Notes under the pieces: model-generated
The model's input: the letters and a program-made list of their open reading frames with translations, nothing else
Told to the model about the DNA's origin: nothing
Database searches by the model: none
Assembly (NCBI GenBank): GCA_029862975.1
Contig: JAOTWP010000003.1
Coordinates: 5,904-69,903 of the forward strand
DNA: 64,000 bases
DNA from: Acidobacteriota bacterium
GTDB lineage: Bacteria > Acidobacteriota > Thermoanaerobaculia > Multivoradales > JAHEKO01
Reading direction: 5' to 3'
Part shown: piece by piece, positions 49,205 through 59,800 of the stretch
Position numbering within the stretch: the first letter of the stretch is position 1
Layout: every line of letters starts with the position of its first letter
Program-made: the position numbers and the translations under genes

Positions 49205-49522
49205 TCATTCCGAGCTGCGCTCTGCGAGCTCCTCGCAGGCCCGGTGGATGGCCCGCAGCTTCTGCAGCTGGGCGAGGCGGAAGCCGGAGTGGGTGGCGAC
49301 GGCCAGGATCCCGAGCGTGAAGAGGGTCCGCTCGCCGCCGCCGAGAGTGAGCCCGGCGAGCTCGCCGTCGCCGAGCAGCACGAGAACGAGGATCGCCAGC
49401 CAGTCGAGGATCACCATCAGCGCCGCGCGGCGCCGCGCGCGGGCGAGAGCGCCGGGATCGCCGGCCGGCAGGCCGCCGACGTCCTCGATCAGGATCGACA
49501 CGATCGCCCGAGTTCGCCACAT
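49205..49522 (-). CDS. hypothetical small 2-TM membrane protein
   Basis: It is the only non-junk frame here, with two hydrophobic segments (LMVILDWLAILVLVLLG, LFTLGILAVATH). I did not recognise the family. Confidence 0.45.
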   Translation of the reverse strand: MWRTRAIVSILIEDVGGLPAGDPGALARARRRAALMVILDWLAILVLVLLGDGELAGLTLGGGERTLFTLGILAVATHSGFRLAQLQKLRAIHRACEELAERSSE

Positions 49523-49606
49523 CGCTTCGTCACCAAGAGACCCCGAGCCGCGAGACTACAGAATCTCGTGGCCGTCCGGGGAGATCGCGAGCTCCAGGGC
49601 CGGCCC

Positions 49607-51490
49607 TCAGCTGAGCGCCGGGGCCGCGCGGCCCGGCGGCTCGGGCGTGAAGCCGCGGTCGCGCAGCAGCTCCTCGGCCGCGGCCCGCCGACGCTCGGCG
49701 ATGACGACGGTCAGGAGATCGCCCTCGCGGAGGTTGCCGCGCTCGTCGACGAGGCGCGCCGTGCCGCCGCGCCGATAGCCCAGCGGCAGCACCAGGTTGC
49801 GGGGGTCCTGCTCGCCGCGGTCGGGGGGCTCGCCGAAGCTCGTGGGCCGGCTGGCCCGCCAGGTCTCCACCGTCGCTTCACCCTTGTCGAGCCGCAGGGA
49901 CCATTGGTCGAGGCCGCGCGGCACACCGAACAGGACGCGGGCGTCGAGGTGGTCGAGCACCTTCTGCGGCATCGCCGGGCCGTCCCGTCGCAGCGCCACC
50001 CACAGCCGCTGCGCGTTGTGATCCTCCCGCGCGTGGCGGGCGAAGAGGAGGTTGACCTCTTCGTTCGTCGTGGCCGCGATGCAGCCGGCCCGCGAATCGG
50101 GCTGCGCCCGGGCGAGCAGGCCTTCCGAGAGCGCGTTGCCGTAGAGGACGCGGAAGCCCGCGCGTTCCGCGCGGTGGCAGGCGTTCGGGTTCGAATCCAG
50201 GAAGACGACCTCGTGCTCGGGCGAGCGCAGGAAGGCGCCGAGCTTCAGGCCGATGGTGCTGGCGCCGAGAATGACGTAGCCGCTGTTCGAAGGGCGGCGC
50301 AGTCCCAAGAGCTGCGCGAGCCAGCCGCCGCTCAGCCCCTGGACGAGCACGGTGACGGCGATGACGAGGAACACGAGGGCCCGGAGCTGCGACGCCTCCG
50401 CTCCCTCCTGGTCCGCGAGGCGCTGGGCGAAGAGCGAGGCGACGGCCGCCGCGACGATGCCGCGCGGCGCCATCCAGGAGAGAAAGAGCTTCTGCCTCCC
50501 CGTCAGGGTGCTGCCAGCCGTGGAGAGCAGCACGCCGGCCGGGCGTACGACGAGCATCAGGGCGGCGACGGTCGCCCACCCTCGCCAGCCGAGCTCGCCG
50601 AGCTGCGACAGGCGCACGTCGGCCGCCAGAAGGACGAAGAGGAGGCCGATGAGCAGCGTCGTCAGCTGCTCCTTGAACTCCATCAGCTCGCTGAGAGCCC
50701 GGCTCTTGACGTGTCCCACGACGAGCCCGGCGAGCGTCACCGCGACGATGCCGCTCTCTTCGAGCACGGCGTCGCTCGCCTGGAAGAGCGCGAGGACGAG
50801 CGACAGGATCAGCGTGTTCTCGAGCCCCTCCGGGATCAGGCGGTGCAGGCGCAGCAGGCCCCCGAGCAGCAGTCCGAAGACGGCGCCGAGCGCGCTGCCG
50901 AACGCCAGCCGGAGCAGCAGCTCGCCCGCGCCGTGCGCGGCGCCCTGGGGCGTGACGGCGACCTCCAGCGCGACGACCGCGGTGATCGCGCCGATGGCGT
51001 CGATCAGCACGCCCTCGGCCTCGAGGATCGTGGCCACCCGACTCTCGACCCGCAACCGGCGCAGGAGCGGATTGACGACGGTCGGGCCCGTGACGATCAC
51101 GAGACTGCCGAAGAGCGCCGAGAGGCGCCAGGACCAGCCCATCAGCCCGTAGGCGGCCAGCGTTCCGCCGCTCCAGGTGACGAGGGCGCCGAGGGTGATC
51201 AGCCGCCGGATGCTCCGCGCCGAGCGCCGCAGGCGCTTGATCTGGAGGTTCATGCCGCCCTCGAACAGGATGACGGCCACGGCGAAGCCGATGAGCATCG
51301 GCAGCAGATCTCCCAGCAGGGCCGGGCGCACGACGGCGAGCACGTCCGGGCCGAGCAGGACCCCGGTGCCGAGCAGGAGGACGATCCCCGGCAGGCGCAG
51401 ATGGCGGGCAAACGCCTGGGCGGCCATGCCGGCCGCCAGCGCGAGGGCCAGGGTCAATGCCGGATTGTCGAGATCGATGGGCCAGTGCAT
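49607..51490 (-). CDS. monovalent cation:proton antiporter (CPA1/NhaP type) with C-terminal TrkA-N/TrkA-C (RCK) domains
   Basis: ATG at 51490 (MHWPIDL); the alternative is 51511. About 12 TM with the LFEGGMNL and ILEAEGVLIDAIG motifs. The RCK part is YVILGASTIGLKLG...VVFLDSNP and GDLLTVVIAE. Confidence 0.85.
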   Translation of the reverse strand: MHWPIDLDNPALTLALALAAGMAAQAFARHLRLPGIVLLLGTGVLLGPDVLAVVRPALLGDLLPMLIGFAVAVILFEGGMNLQIKRLRRSARSIRRLITLGALVTWSGGTLAAYGLMGWSWRLSALFGSLVIVTGPTVVNPLLRRLRVESRVATILEAEGVLIDAIGAITAVVALEVAVTPQGAAHGAGELLLRLAFGSALGAVFGLLLGGLLRLHRLIPEGLENTLILSLVLALFQASDAVLEESGIVAVTLAGLVVGHVKSRALSELMEFKEQLTTLLIGLLFVLLAADVRLSQLGELGWRGWATVAALMLVVRPAGVLLSTAGSTLTGRQKLFLSWMAPRGIVAAAVASLFAQRLADQEGAEASQLRALVFLVIAVTVLVQGLSGGWLAQLLGLRRPSNSGYVILGASTIGLKLGAFLRSPEHEVVFLDSNPNACHRAERAGFRVLYGNALSEGLLARAQPDSRAGCIAATTNEEVNLLFARHAREDHNAQRLWVALRRDGPAMPQKVLDHLDARVLFGVPRGLDQWSLRLDKGEATVETWRASRPTSFGEPPDRGEQDPRNLVLPLGYRRGGTARLVDERGNLREGDLLTVVIAERRRAAAEELLRDRGFTPEPPGRAAPALS

Positions 51491-51624
51491 TACGGTTTCC
51501 ACGGCGGGCATGCCCGCGGCGGAGGATACCCCCTCGGCGGCGGCGAGTCGCGGGCCGGTGAAACCTTTCTCCGCGGGCTGCGTCGTAGTCGGAGGACGAA
51601 CCACGAACCCGAGGAGGTGGAACG

Positions 51625-52182
51625 ATGCGACAACTGCACACGCGAGCTCTGATCTGGGCCTTGACCGCCGTCCTGAGCGCCGGCGTGGCCGCGGCGGACT
51701 CGGATCTCTGGCTGCACGTGAAGGTGGACGAGGCCGGCGGCGCCAAGGTCCTCGTGAACCTGCCCATCGGGATCGTCGAGAAGGCGATGACGATGATTCC
51801 GGCGGAGGAGTGGAATCACGGCCACATCATGATCGACGGCGGGCACCACTGGTCGATCTCCGACCTGCGCGAGCTCTGGCAGGAGGTCGGCGCCACCCCC
51901 GACATGACCTTCGTGACGGTGGAAGACGAGGGCGACCGGGTCAGGGTGTGGAAGGAAGGAGGATACCTCAAGGTCCGCGCCGTGGAGGGCGACGGGACGG
52001 ACGTCGACGTCCAGATCCCGTCGCGGGTCGTCGACGCGCTGCTCAGCGGCGACGGCGAGGAGCTGAACATCCGGGCCGCCATCGAGGCGCTGGCCGCGGA
52101 AGGCGAGGGTGAGCTCGTGACCGTCAACGACGACAACGATCGCGTCCGCGTGTGGGTCGACCACGTCGCGGAGGCCGAGTAG
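51625..52182 (+). CDS. secreted hypothetical protein, paralogue of the next gene
   Basis: GAGGAGG RBS and signal peptide (ALIWALTAVLSAGVAAA). The motif FVTVEDEGDRVRVWKEGGYLKVRAVEG recurs as LVTVNDDNDRVRVWVD. Confidence 0.65.
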   Translation: MRQLHTRALIWALTAVLSAGVAAADSDLWLHVKVDEAGGAKVLVNLPIGIVEKAMTMIPAEEWNHGHIMIDGGHHWSISDLRELWQEVGATPDMTFVTVEDEGDRVRVWKEGGYLKVRAVEGDGTDVDVQIPSRVVDALLSGDGEELNIRAAIEALAAEGEGELVTVNDDNDRVRVWVDHVAEAE

Positions 52183-52191
52183 GAGGCCGAG

Positions 52192-52662
52192 ATGACGAAT
52201 CGCCAGCGGATCTTCACCTACGTCGCCGCCTCGCTGGGCGTGCTCGTTCTCGGGTGGATGGTGCTGATCGGCGGCGTCTACCTGGTCGGCGGCGTGGCGA
52301 CGGTCAAGGTGGTCGAGCGCTCCGAGGGGATCGACATCAGCGTGCCCATTCCCATGGCCCTCATCCATGCGGCGGCGGCGACGACCGAGGTGTTCTTCCT
52401 GGACGACATCCTCGACGAGATCGAGATCGAGACCGGCGGCCGCTTCTCCGAGGTCGCGCCGGCGGTGCTGGCGATCGTCGAGATCCTCGACGACGTCCCC
52501 AACGGCACCGTGCTCGTCTCCGTCGAGGACGGCGAGCAGCGCGTGCGGGTCTCCAAGGAGCGCGGCAAGTTCCGTGTCGTGGTCGACTCGCCGGAGGTTC
52601 TGGTCGACGTCGCGGTGCCTACCCGCTCGGTAGAGAGGGTCGTGCGCCGCGTGGTTCGCTGA
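52192..52662 (+). CDS. membrane-anchored hypothetical protein, paralogue of the previous gene
   Basis: The AGGAGG RBS overlaps the upstream stop. N-terminal TM (IFTYVAASLGVLVLGWMVLIGGVYLVGGV). The motif is LVSVEDGEQRVRVSKERGKFRVVVDSPE. Confidence 0.65.
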   Translation: MTNRQRIFTYVAASLGVLVLGWMVLIGGVYLVGGVATVKVVERSEGIDISVPIPMALIHAAAATTEVFFLDDILDEIEIETGGRFSEVAPAVLAIVEILDDVPNGTVLVSVEDGEQRVRVSKERGKFRVVVDSPEVLVDVAVPTRSVERVVRRVVR

Positions 52663-52764
52663 CCGGGCTCGTTCGCGACGCCTGCCCCGCGGGGCGGGCG
52701 GCGGCGCCGGGAAGGCCGCCGTCCGCCCTTCGTCCTCCCCCGCTGGCCGTCGGCGCGGCGGCAC

Positions 52765-52789
52765 GGAAAAAGCCCCGCCGGAACGGGGC
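52765..52789 (-). terminator. rho-independent terminator of the HU gene
   Basis: On the minus strand: GCCCCGTTCCGGCGGGGC followed by TTTTTCC, about 30 nt after the stop at 52820. Confidence 0.75.
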
Positions 52790-52819
52790 CTCGACTCGTT
52801 TGCTTGAAAGTGGCGAAGC

Positions 52820-53113
52820 TCAGTCGCTGACGCGATCCTTGAGACCTTTCCCGGCCTTGAAGAAGGGGTACTTCTTGGCCGCGATCGTGATCGTGGCGCC
52901 GGTCGCCGGGTTGCGCCCCGAGCGGGCCGCGCGGCGCTTCGTGCCGAAGTTGCCGAAGCCCAGGATCTGCACCTCGCGGCCGGCGTCGAGCTCGGTGGCG
53001 ATGATGCCGTGCCGCGGCTTGGTGTCGAACAGCTCTGCAATCACCTCTTGCGCCTTGGCCTTCGACAGATCGCAGTTCTTGGCGAGCTTCTCGGCCAGTT
53101 CCTTCTTGTTCAT
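52820..53113 (-). CDS. hup: HU/IHF-family DNA-binding protein
   Basis: MNKKELAEKLAK...GFGNFGTKRRAARSGRNPATGATITIAAKKYPFFKAGKGLKD. AAGGAG RBS. Confidence 0.9.
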   Translation of the reverse strand: MNKKELAEKLAKNCDLSKAKAQEVIAELFDTKPRHGIIATELDAGREVQILGFGNFGTKRRAARSGRNPATGATITIAAKKYPFFKAGKGLKDRVSD

Positions 53114-53304
53114 TCAGGCTCCTTCCCCTTGTGGAGGGCTGTGGGGCAGGCGGAGTGCACTCGCCCCTGTTCACGTCCAATGCTGCAGGTCACGACGAGA
53201 GTCTGGCTCGTCCCCTCGATGCTCGAATCGCGCGAAGCCTAGCATAGCGAAGGGCCGGGGAGCCAGCGGGAAGTCGACAGCTTGCGACGTCCTTCGGCAT
53301 GGCG

Positions 53305-53976
53305 TCACTCGAAGAACGAGGTGACGTCGCGCAGCGGCCTCTTCGCGATCCTCGGTACGAGCGCCCCGGTCTCGGGATAGCCCGCGACGAGGATCAGGTA
53401 AGGTCGCTCGCGCGCCGGCCGCCCGAGAATCCGGTTGAGGAAACGCATGGGAGCGGGGGTGTGGGTCAGGGTCGCGAGGCCGGCGTGATGCAGGGCGCTG
53501 ATCAGCATCCCCGTGGCGATGCCGACCGATTCGTTGACGTAGTAGTTCTTGCGCTTCTCGCCCTTCTCGTCGACGCCGTGGAGCTCGGCGAAGATCACGA
53601 TGAGGTAGGGCGCGACCTCGAGAAACGGCTTGCGGGCGTCGGTGCCCAGCGGCGCGAGCGCGTCGAGCCAGTCCCGGGGCGCGCGCTCGGCGTAAAAGGC
53701 CCGCTCCTCCTCCTCGGCGGCGAGCCGGATCCGCCGCTTGACCTCCGGGTCGGAGACGACGGCGAAATGCCAGGGCTGCCGGTTGGCGCCGCTCGGGGCC
53801 GACGCCGCGGCCTCCAGGCAGAGCTCGATCACGGCGCGCGGCACCGGGCGGCCCGCGAAGCGGCGCACGCTCCGGCGCCGGCGCAGCTCGTCGCGGAAGC
53901 TGCGGGCGCGCCGCCGCATCTCCTCGCCGGGGTACTCGACGAAGCTGTCCAAGGGCGTGAAGACGGGGTCGTCCAA
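53305..53976 (-). CDS. nitroreductase-superfamily flavoprotein, iodotyrosine-deiodinase (IYD)-like subgroup
   Basis: [63 protein letters not shown] and LILVAGYP are colinear with what I remember of IYD-type proteins. Confidence 0.7.
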   Translation of the reverse strand: MDDPVFTPLDSFVEYPGEEMRRRARSFRDELRRRRSVRRFAGRPVPRAVIELCLEAAASAPSGANRQPWHFAVVSDPEVKRRIRLAAEEEERAFYAERAPRDWLDALAPLGTDARKPFLEVAPYLIVIFAELHGVDEKGEKRKNYYVNESVGIATGMLISALHHAGLATLTHTPAPMRFLNRILGRPARERPYLILVAGYPETGALVPRIAKRPLRDVTSFFE

Positions 53977-54064
53977 GGCTCTTTCCGAGAGGGTGCTACC
54001 ATCCGGCCGCGAAGCGGCAGCGGAGCCGTTTCATCGAAACCTTGGAGGCACTCTACTCTTGACC

Positions 54065-54781
54065 ATGCTCTCGAAAACGCGATTCCTGATTTCCATACCA
54101 CTCGTCCTGGCCGTCGCAACCGTGGCGTGCGCGGCCGAGCAGCCCGAGGAGGCCGCGCCCCAGGCGGGCGACCTCAAGCTGACGACCAGCTACGCGATCG
54201 GCTGGCAGGCCGGCCGATCGTTCACCGACCAGGGCCTTGAGCTCGACCAGGCGAGCCTGATCCAGGGCCTTCAGGACGCGATGGGCGGCGCCGCCTCGAA
54301 GTGGACCGAGGAGGAGATGACGGCCGCGATGCAGCAGATGCAGAGCGAGATGATGGCCAAACAGCAGGCCCGGGCGCAGGAGCAGGCGACGGTGAATCAG
54401 GCGGCGGGCGAAGAGTTCCTGGCCACCAACGGCCAGCGTGAAGGCGTCGTGACGACCGCGAGCGGGCTGCAGTACGAGGTCGAGAGGGACGGCGACGGCC
54501 CGTCGCCGGGGCCCACGGACACGGTGACGGTGCACTACCGGGGCACCCTCATCGACGGCACCGAGTTCGACAGCAGCTACGCGCGCGACCAGCCGGCGAC
54601 CTTCCCGCTCGACCGGGTGATCCCCGGGTGGACCGAGGGCCTCCAGCTGATGAGCGTCGGGTCGAAGTGGAAGCTCTACGTGCCGGCGAGCCTCGGTTAC
54701 GGCGAGCGCGGCGCCGGCCCGAAGATCGGGCCTTCCTCGACCCTGATCTTCGAGGTCGAGCTGCTCGACGTGGCGCAGTAG
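54065..54781 (+). CDS. FKBP-type peptidyl-prolyl isomerase (Mip/FkpA-like lipoprotein)
   Basis: Signal peptide with VATVAC. N-terminal dimerisation helix region. The FKBP core is VTVHYRGTLIDGTEFDSSY...VIPGWTEGLQLM...LIFEVELLDV. Confidence 0.88.
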   Translation: MLSKTRFLISIPLVLAVATVACAAEQPEEAAPQAGDLKLTTSYAIGWQAGRSFTDQGLELDQASLIQGLQDAMGGAASKWTEEEMTAAMQQMQSEMMAKQQARAQEQATVNQAAGEEFLATNGQREGVVTTASGLQYEVERDGDGPSPGPTDTVTVHYRGTLIDGTEFDSSYARDQPATFPLDRVIPGWTEGLQLMSVGSKWKLYVPASLGYGERGAGPKIGPSSTLIFEVELLDVAQ

Positions 54782-54832
54782 GCCGCGTCGTGGGGCGGGC
54801 CGGACGCCGGCGGCTTCCCGCGCGCCAGCGGG

Positions 54833-55909
54833 TCAGTCGCCGGCGGGCGGCTGCTTGATCGCGATCTCCCGCTGCGGGAACGGGATCACGATGCCCGCCT
54901 CGGCGAACGCGCGGTACACGCGGCGGTGGAGGTCGTCGACGACCCGGCCGCGCAGCACCGGCTCCTCGATCCAGCCCAGAAGCTCGTGATCGATGGAGGA
55001 GTCGCCGAAGGCCCGGATGCGGACCCGCGGCTCCGGCTCGTCGAGGACGTCGGGCTGCTCGAGCGCCACGGCCATGAGGACGTCCCGGACCTGGTCCAGG
55101 TCGGAGCCGTAGGCGACTCCGACCCTGAGCCGGAAGCGCTCCTTCTCCCAGGGGCCGCCGCTCTCGTTCATGATCTTGGCGTTCGCGATGACCGCGTTGG
55201 GCACCGTGATCTCGATGTCGTCGCGGGTCAGGAGCCGGGTGCTCCGCAGGCCGATGTGGCGGACCTGGCCTCGCTCGCCGCTGTCGAGAACGATGAAGTC
55301 GCCGACCTTGTAGGGGGCGTCGGCGAGGATGAAGATGCCCGAGAAGAGGTTCGCCAGGGTGTCCTTCGCCGCGAAGCCGACCGCCAGGCCGACGACGCCG
55401 GCCGAGGCCAGCCAGCCGGTCACCGGGATGTTCCAGGAGAGGCAGAAGAAGTAGAAGGCGGCGCCGAAGACGATGAGCCGCGCCACCTGCCCGAAGAGGG
55501 GCAGCGTGCGCTCGTTGATGACGGCGAAGCGCTCGTGGTGCCGGCTCGCGAGATCCAGCAGCAGCTGGGCGAGGCGGAAGGCGAACGCCGACCACATGAC
55601 GAGGCCGAGGGTCTTGAGCATCGGCAGAAACAGCTTGTCGAGGTACTCGGCGCGGACGTCGATCTCGAGCAGCGCCAGCCAGGCGCCCACCAGGACGACG
55701 CTGACGAAGATCGGCCGGTGGGCGGCGGCGATCAGCTTGTCGTCGAAGTCCGTCTTGGTCAGCGAGGCCCAGGCGCGCAGCGCCCCGGTGAGAAACCAGT
55801 CGACGAGCTTGGCGAGGACCACGGCGACGAGCACGATGGCTCCGGCGCGCGCCCAGACGTTCATTCCCACGAGCTCGAGAATCTGCTGCAGCCAATCCGG
55901 TGTCGTCAT
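54833..55909 (-). CDS. MscS-family mechanosensitive channel
   Basis: ATG at 55909 overlaps the upstream stop (ATGA). Motifs: GVVGLAVGFAAKDTLANLFSGIFILADAPYKVGDFI and RFRLRVGVAYGSD. Confidence 0.85.
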   Translation of the reverse strand: MTTPDWLQQILELVGMNVWARAGAIVLVAVVLAKLVDWFLTGALRAWASLTKTDFDDKLIAAAHRPIFVSVVLVGAWLALLEIDVRAEYLDKLFLPMLKTLGLVMWSAFAFRLAQLLLDLASRHHERFAVINERTLPLFGQVARLIVFGAAFYFFCLSWNIPVTGWLASAGVVGLAVGFAAKDTLANLFSGIFILADAPYKVGDFIVLDSGERGQVRHIGLRSTRLLTRDDIEITVPNAVIANAKIMNESGGPWEKERFRLRVGVAYGSDLDQVRDVLMAVALEQPDVLDEPEPRVRIRAFGDSSIDHELLGWIEEPVLRGRVVDDLHRRVYRAFAEAGIVIPFPQREIAIKQPPAGD

Positions 55910-57237
55910 TCGTTTCCCTCGAGGTTCGCGGAGGACTCGCGCGTCAGCCTGGCGAGGCCGCCCGCCATGGCGACGAGAGCGATCAGGTTGGGGATCGCCA
56001 TCAAGCCGTTGAGGATGTCGGCCCACGCCCAGGTGAGCCGCGGCCCGGCGACGGCGCCACCGGCGATGGCCGCGCAGTAGAGGACGCGGTAGACGGGCCG
56101 GGCGCGGGGTCCGAAGAGGTAGGCGGCGCTCTGCTCGCCGTAGAAGGCCCAGGCGATCAAGGTCGACAGCCCGAAGAGCACGGAGCTGACGAGCACCAGC
56201 GGGCCGCCGACGGCGCCGAGAGCGCGGGCGAAGGCCTGCGCCGTCAAGGCCGTCGAGTCGAGTCCGGAGTGCCAGGCATCCGTGACCAGCAGCACGAGCC
56301 CGGTCGCCGTCGACACGACGAGGGTGTCGACGAAGACGCCGAGCATCGCGATCTTGCCTTGCCGCACCGGGTTCCCCGTGCGCGCCGAGGCGTGGGCGAT
56401 CGGCACCGAGCCGGTGCCCGCCTCGTTCGAGTAGACACCGCGGGCGACGCCGAAGCGGAACGCCTCGCGGACTCCGGCACCGAGGAATCCGCCGGTCGCC
56501 GCGGCCGGCGAGAAGGCGCTCTCCACGACCAGCTCGAGGCTCGGCCCGATCCGGTCGCGGAAGGCGAAGAGCACGACCGCGGCCCCTCCGAGGTAGAGCA
56601 CTCCCATGAGCGGCGCCAGGATCTCGGAAGTACGGGCGACCGATCGCACGCCGCCGACGATGGCCATGCCGCACACCGCGGCCAGCAGCAGGCAGGTCAC
56701 GAGCGCGCTCCAGCCGAGCTCCGAGGAGACGACGGAGGCGATCGAATTGCTCTGCACGACGGTCGTGGCGAGAAGCGTCTTGACGGCCAGCCCGAAGGCG
56801 AAGAACGCGGCCAGCCGCGGCCACCCGAGGCCGTCGCGCAGGTAGTACATCGGGCCGCCCACGAACAGCCCGTCGGGCTCGCGGCGCCGGTACTTCACCC
56901 CGAGGACCGACTCCGCGAACATGGTGCCCATGCCGACGATGCCGGAGATCCACATCCAGAAGAGCGCCCCCGGGCCGCCGGCCGTGACGGCGGTCGCCAC
57001 GCCGGCCAGGTTGCCGTTGCCCACGATCCCGCCGACCGCCGTCATCAGGGCCCCGAACGGCGTGATGTCGCCCTCGCCGTCGCTGCGCGCCGCAAAGAGC
57101 AGGCGCCACGCGGGGAAGAACTCGCGGACCTGCACCGCGCGCAACCGCACGACGAGGTAGAGCCCCGTGCCGAGGACCAGCGTCAGCATGGGGTATCCCC
57201 ACAGCCAATCGCTGAGCCGTTGGATCCACTCCGCCAT
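55906..57237 (-). CDS. alanine/glycine:cation symporter (AGCS family)
   Basis: ATG at 57237 (MAEWIQRLSDWLWGYP). Motifs: ITPFGALMTAVGGIVGNGNLAGVATA, GGPGALFWMW, SNEAGTGS. Confidence 0.85.
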   Translation of the reverse strand: MAEWIQRLSDWLWGYPMLTLVLGTGLYLVVRLRAVQVREFFPAWRLLFAARSDGEGDITPFGALMTAVGGIVGNGNLAGVATAVTAGGPGALFWMWISGIVGMGTMFAESVLGVKYRRREPDGLFVGGPMYYLRDGLGWPRLAAFFAFGLAVKTLLATTVVQSNSIASVVSSELGWSALVTCLLLAAVCGMAIVGGVRSVARTSEILAPLMGVLYLGGAAVVLFAFRDRIGPSLELVVESAFSPAAATGGFLGAGVREAFRFGVARGVYSNEAGTGSVPIAHASARTGNPVRQGKIAMLGVFVDTLVVSTATGLVLLVTDAWHSGLDSTALTAQAFARALGAVGGPLVLVSSVLFGLSTLIAWAFYGEQSAAYLFGPRARPVYRVLYCAAIAGGAVAGPRLTWAWADILNGLMAIPNLIALVAMAGGLARLTRESSANLEGNE

Positions 57238-57340
57238 GAGCGGGCGATCATACCCCGCGCCCGGCGGGCTCCAGGCCCCGAACGATGGCCCGTCGGCGGG
57301 GAATGGGGAGCGGCGGCCCGCCTGTTGTACCGTGCGCGTG

Positions 57341-59800
57341 ATGCGCAAGACCTTCCTCTGCTGTCTGCTCGCGGGCCTGGCCGCGGCAGTGGGCGCGGCC
57401 GGCGTCAAGGACCTCCCCGAGCGCTACCAGGACTGGCTCGCCGACGTCGGTCCCCTGATCTCGAAAGCCGAGCGGAAGGACTTCCTCGCCCTCGCGCAGG
57501 ACTACCAGCGGGACGCGTTCGTGGAGCGCTTCTGGGCGGCGCGCGACCCCCGGCCGGAAACGCGGCAGAACGAGTTCCGGGATCGCTACTACTCGCGGCT
57601 CGAGGAAGCGCGGGCGCTGTACGGCGGCTTGTTCGACGACCGGGCTCGGCTCTACGTCCTCAACGGGGCGCCGGCGGCGACGATCGAGACCGACTGCGGC
57701 GTCTACACCTGGCCGCTCGAGCTGTGGCGCTACCCCTTCTCGGAGGTCGCCAACCGCAGCGTGACGGCCATCCTCTACCAGCCCGGCGCGGCGGGGCCGT
57801 TCCGGCTGTGGCTGCCCGCAGAGGGTCATGCCGCGCTCCTCGCGCGGATCGACCCGACGCTGGCGCCGTTCGCCCAGCGCAACGCGTTCTACGAGCTCGT
57901 CGCCAAGCACTGCGGCGAGCTCTGGGACGACATCCAGGTGATCCTCACGCAGTTCAGGATGGTGGAGAGCGAGCAGGGCGCGGGCGCGACTCGCGCGATC
58001 GGGACTCCCACCTCGAACGATCCGGAGTGGACGGACTCGTTCCACGCCTTCTCGACCGAGGTCGAGGAGGGCGCCGCGGTGCTCCCGGCGCGGCTCGCCC
58101 TGGCGTTCCCGGGGCCGTACCAGAGCCGGACCCGCGTCCAGGGCACCTTCACGGTGCCCGCCGCCGGTGCCCGGGTCACCGGCGAGGGCGAGACCGCTTC
58201 CTACAACTTCCAGCTCACGGGTGAGGTCCTGCGCGGCGAAGAGCTCTTCGAGTCGTTCCGCTACCGGTTTGACGTGCCCTCCTCCCGCCTGCAGGCGGAG
58301 CAGATCGGGCTCGACTTCGAGCGGGCGCTGCGCCCCGGGGACTACCGGTGGGTCGTGAAGCTCGAGGATCTCAACGGCGGCGCCGTACACCGCGAAGAGC
58401 GGGCCGTCAGCGTGCCGCGGCTGGCCGCGGAAGATGCCGCGCCGAGCGCGGTGAGCCCAGCGTCCGCCGGCGCGGTTTCGATCTCGCTCGGCGAGCCCGC
58501 CGCCGCCGTCCTTAGCGGCGCCGTGCGGTTCACGGCGACCGTCGCCGGCGAGGGCGTGGCGAAGGTGGGCTTTCTTCTCGACGGCAAGCCGCTCTTCGCC
58601 AAGACCCGGCCGCCCTACAGCGTGGAGCTCGACTTGGGCTCGGTGCCGGGCGAGCACACGGTCCGGGCCGTCGCCTACGACGCCGGGGGAGGGGAGCTCG
58701 CCACGGACGAGATGCTCGTCAACCCGGGAAAGCAGAGCTTCGTCGTGCGCCTCGTCGAGCCGCGGGAGGGCGCCCGGACCGGCAGGCAGCTGCGAGCTCG
58801 CGCCGACGTCGTCGTGCCGGAGGGGGAGCGCCTGGACCGGCTGGAGTTCTACGTCGGCAACGAGCGTGCGGCGACCCTCTTCCAGGAGCCGTTCGTCCAG
58901 AGCCTCGTGCTCGCGGACGGCGGGATCGGGTACATCCGGGTCGTGGCAATCCTAGAGAACGGCGGCGAGACCGAGGACTGGGTGATCGTCAACGCCCCGG
59001 AGTTCACGGCCCGGGTCGAGGTGCGGCTCGTCGAGCTCTACGCCGCCGTCCTCGACGAGCGAGGCCTGGCGGTGGACGGCCTCGGAGCCGGGGATTTCGA
59101 GGTCTTCGAGAACGGGGCGCCGCAGGAGATCGTGCGCTTCGACCACCTGCGCGATCTGCCGCTCTACGCCGGCCTGATGATCGACACCTCGGCCTCGATG
59201 GCCGAGAGCTTCGAGGAGGTGAGCCGGATCGGCAGGGGCTTCCTCGAAGAGACCATCGGGGCGCGCGACCGGGCGGCGATCATCACGTTCGCCGAAGAGC
59301 CCAGCCTGGCCGCGGCTTTCACGAGCGACCTGGCGGTCCTCGGCAGCGCCCTCGGCGGCCTGCGGGCGGAGCGCGGCACGGCGCTGTGGGACAGCCTCGT
59401 CTTCGCCGTCGACTACTTCCGCGGCGTCAAGGGGCAGCGCGCCCTCGTCCTCCTCTCCGACGGCGAGGACCGGCGCAGCGGTCACGGCTTCGAGGAGGCG
59501 CTGCAGTTCGCCCAGAGCACGGGGATCACGGTCTACCCGATCGCTCTGGCCGCCGGGGTGCGGCGCTCCGGCAAGGGGCAGCTCACCCGCTTGGCCGAGC
59601 AGACGGGCGGCCGCAGCTACTTCCTGCGCTCGATCGACGAGTTGGCGGAGGTCTACGCCCAGATCCAGCGCGACCTGAGGTCGCGCTACCTGCTCGCCTA
59701 CCAGTCCACGCTGACGGAGGGCGAGGGGTTCCGGTCGATCGAAATCCAGGTGGCGGGCGGCGACCGCGAGGTGCGGGCGCTCCGCGGCTACTTTCCGTAG
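57341..59800 (+). CDS. secreted GWxTD-domain protein with Ig-like repeats and a C-terminal Acidobacteria-type VWFA domain
   Basis: Signal peptide. N-terminal [23 protein letters not shown]...FWAARDP...ELWRY (GWxTD-type). The C-terminal part is [15 protein letters not shown]...[10 protein letters not shown]...[10 protein letters not shown]...VYPIAL...[10 protein letters not shown]. Confidence 0.8.
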   Translation: MRKTFLCCLLAGLAAAVGAAGVKDLPERYQDWLADVGPLISKAERKDFLALAQDYQRDAFVERFWAARDPRPETRQNEFRDRYYSRLEEARALYGGLFDDRARLYVLNGAPAATIETDCGVYTWPLELWRYPFSEVANRSVTAILYQPGAAGPFRLWLPAEGHAALLARIDPTLAPFAQRNAFYELVAKHCGELWDDIQVILTQFRMVESEQGAGATRAIGTPTSNDPEWTDSFHAFSTEVEEGAAVLPARLALAFPGPYQSRTRVQGTFTVPAAGARVTGEGETASYNFQLTGEVLRGEELFESFRYRFDVPSSRLQAEQIGLDFERALRPGDYRWVVKLEDLNGGAVHREERAVSVPRLAAEDAAPSAVSPASAGAVSISLGEPAAAVLSGAVRFTATVAGEGVAKVGFLLDGKPLFAKTRPPYSVELDLGSVPGEHTVRAVAYDAGGGELATDEMLVNPGKQSFVVRLVEPREGARTGRQLRARADVVVPEGERLDRLEFYVGNERAATLFQEPFVQSLVLADGGIGYIRVVAILENGGETEDWVIVNAPEFTARVEVRLVELYAAVLDERGLAVDGLGAGDFEVFENGAPQEIVRFDHLRDLPLYAGLMIDTSASMAESFEEVSRIGRGFLEETIGARDRAAIITFAEEPSLAAAFTSDLAVLGSALGGLRAERGTALWDSLVFAVDYFRGVKGQRALVLLSDGEDRRSGHGFEEALQFAQSTGITVYPIALAAGVRRSGKGQLTRLAEQTGGRSYFLRSIDELAEVYAQIQRDLRSRYLLAYQSTLTEGEGFRSIEIQVAGGDREVRALRGYFP

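Noticed and set aside
50187-50197. tRNA-like T-loop GGTTCGAATCC.
   Set aside because: The flanking bases do not form a T-stem (TCGGG / CCAGG). The site is in frame within the antiporter CDS (LDSNPNA).
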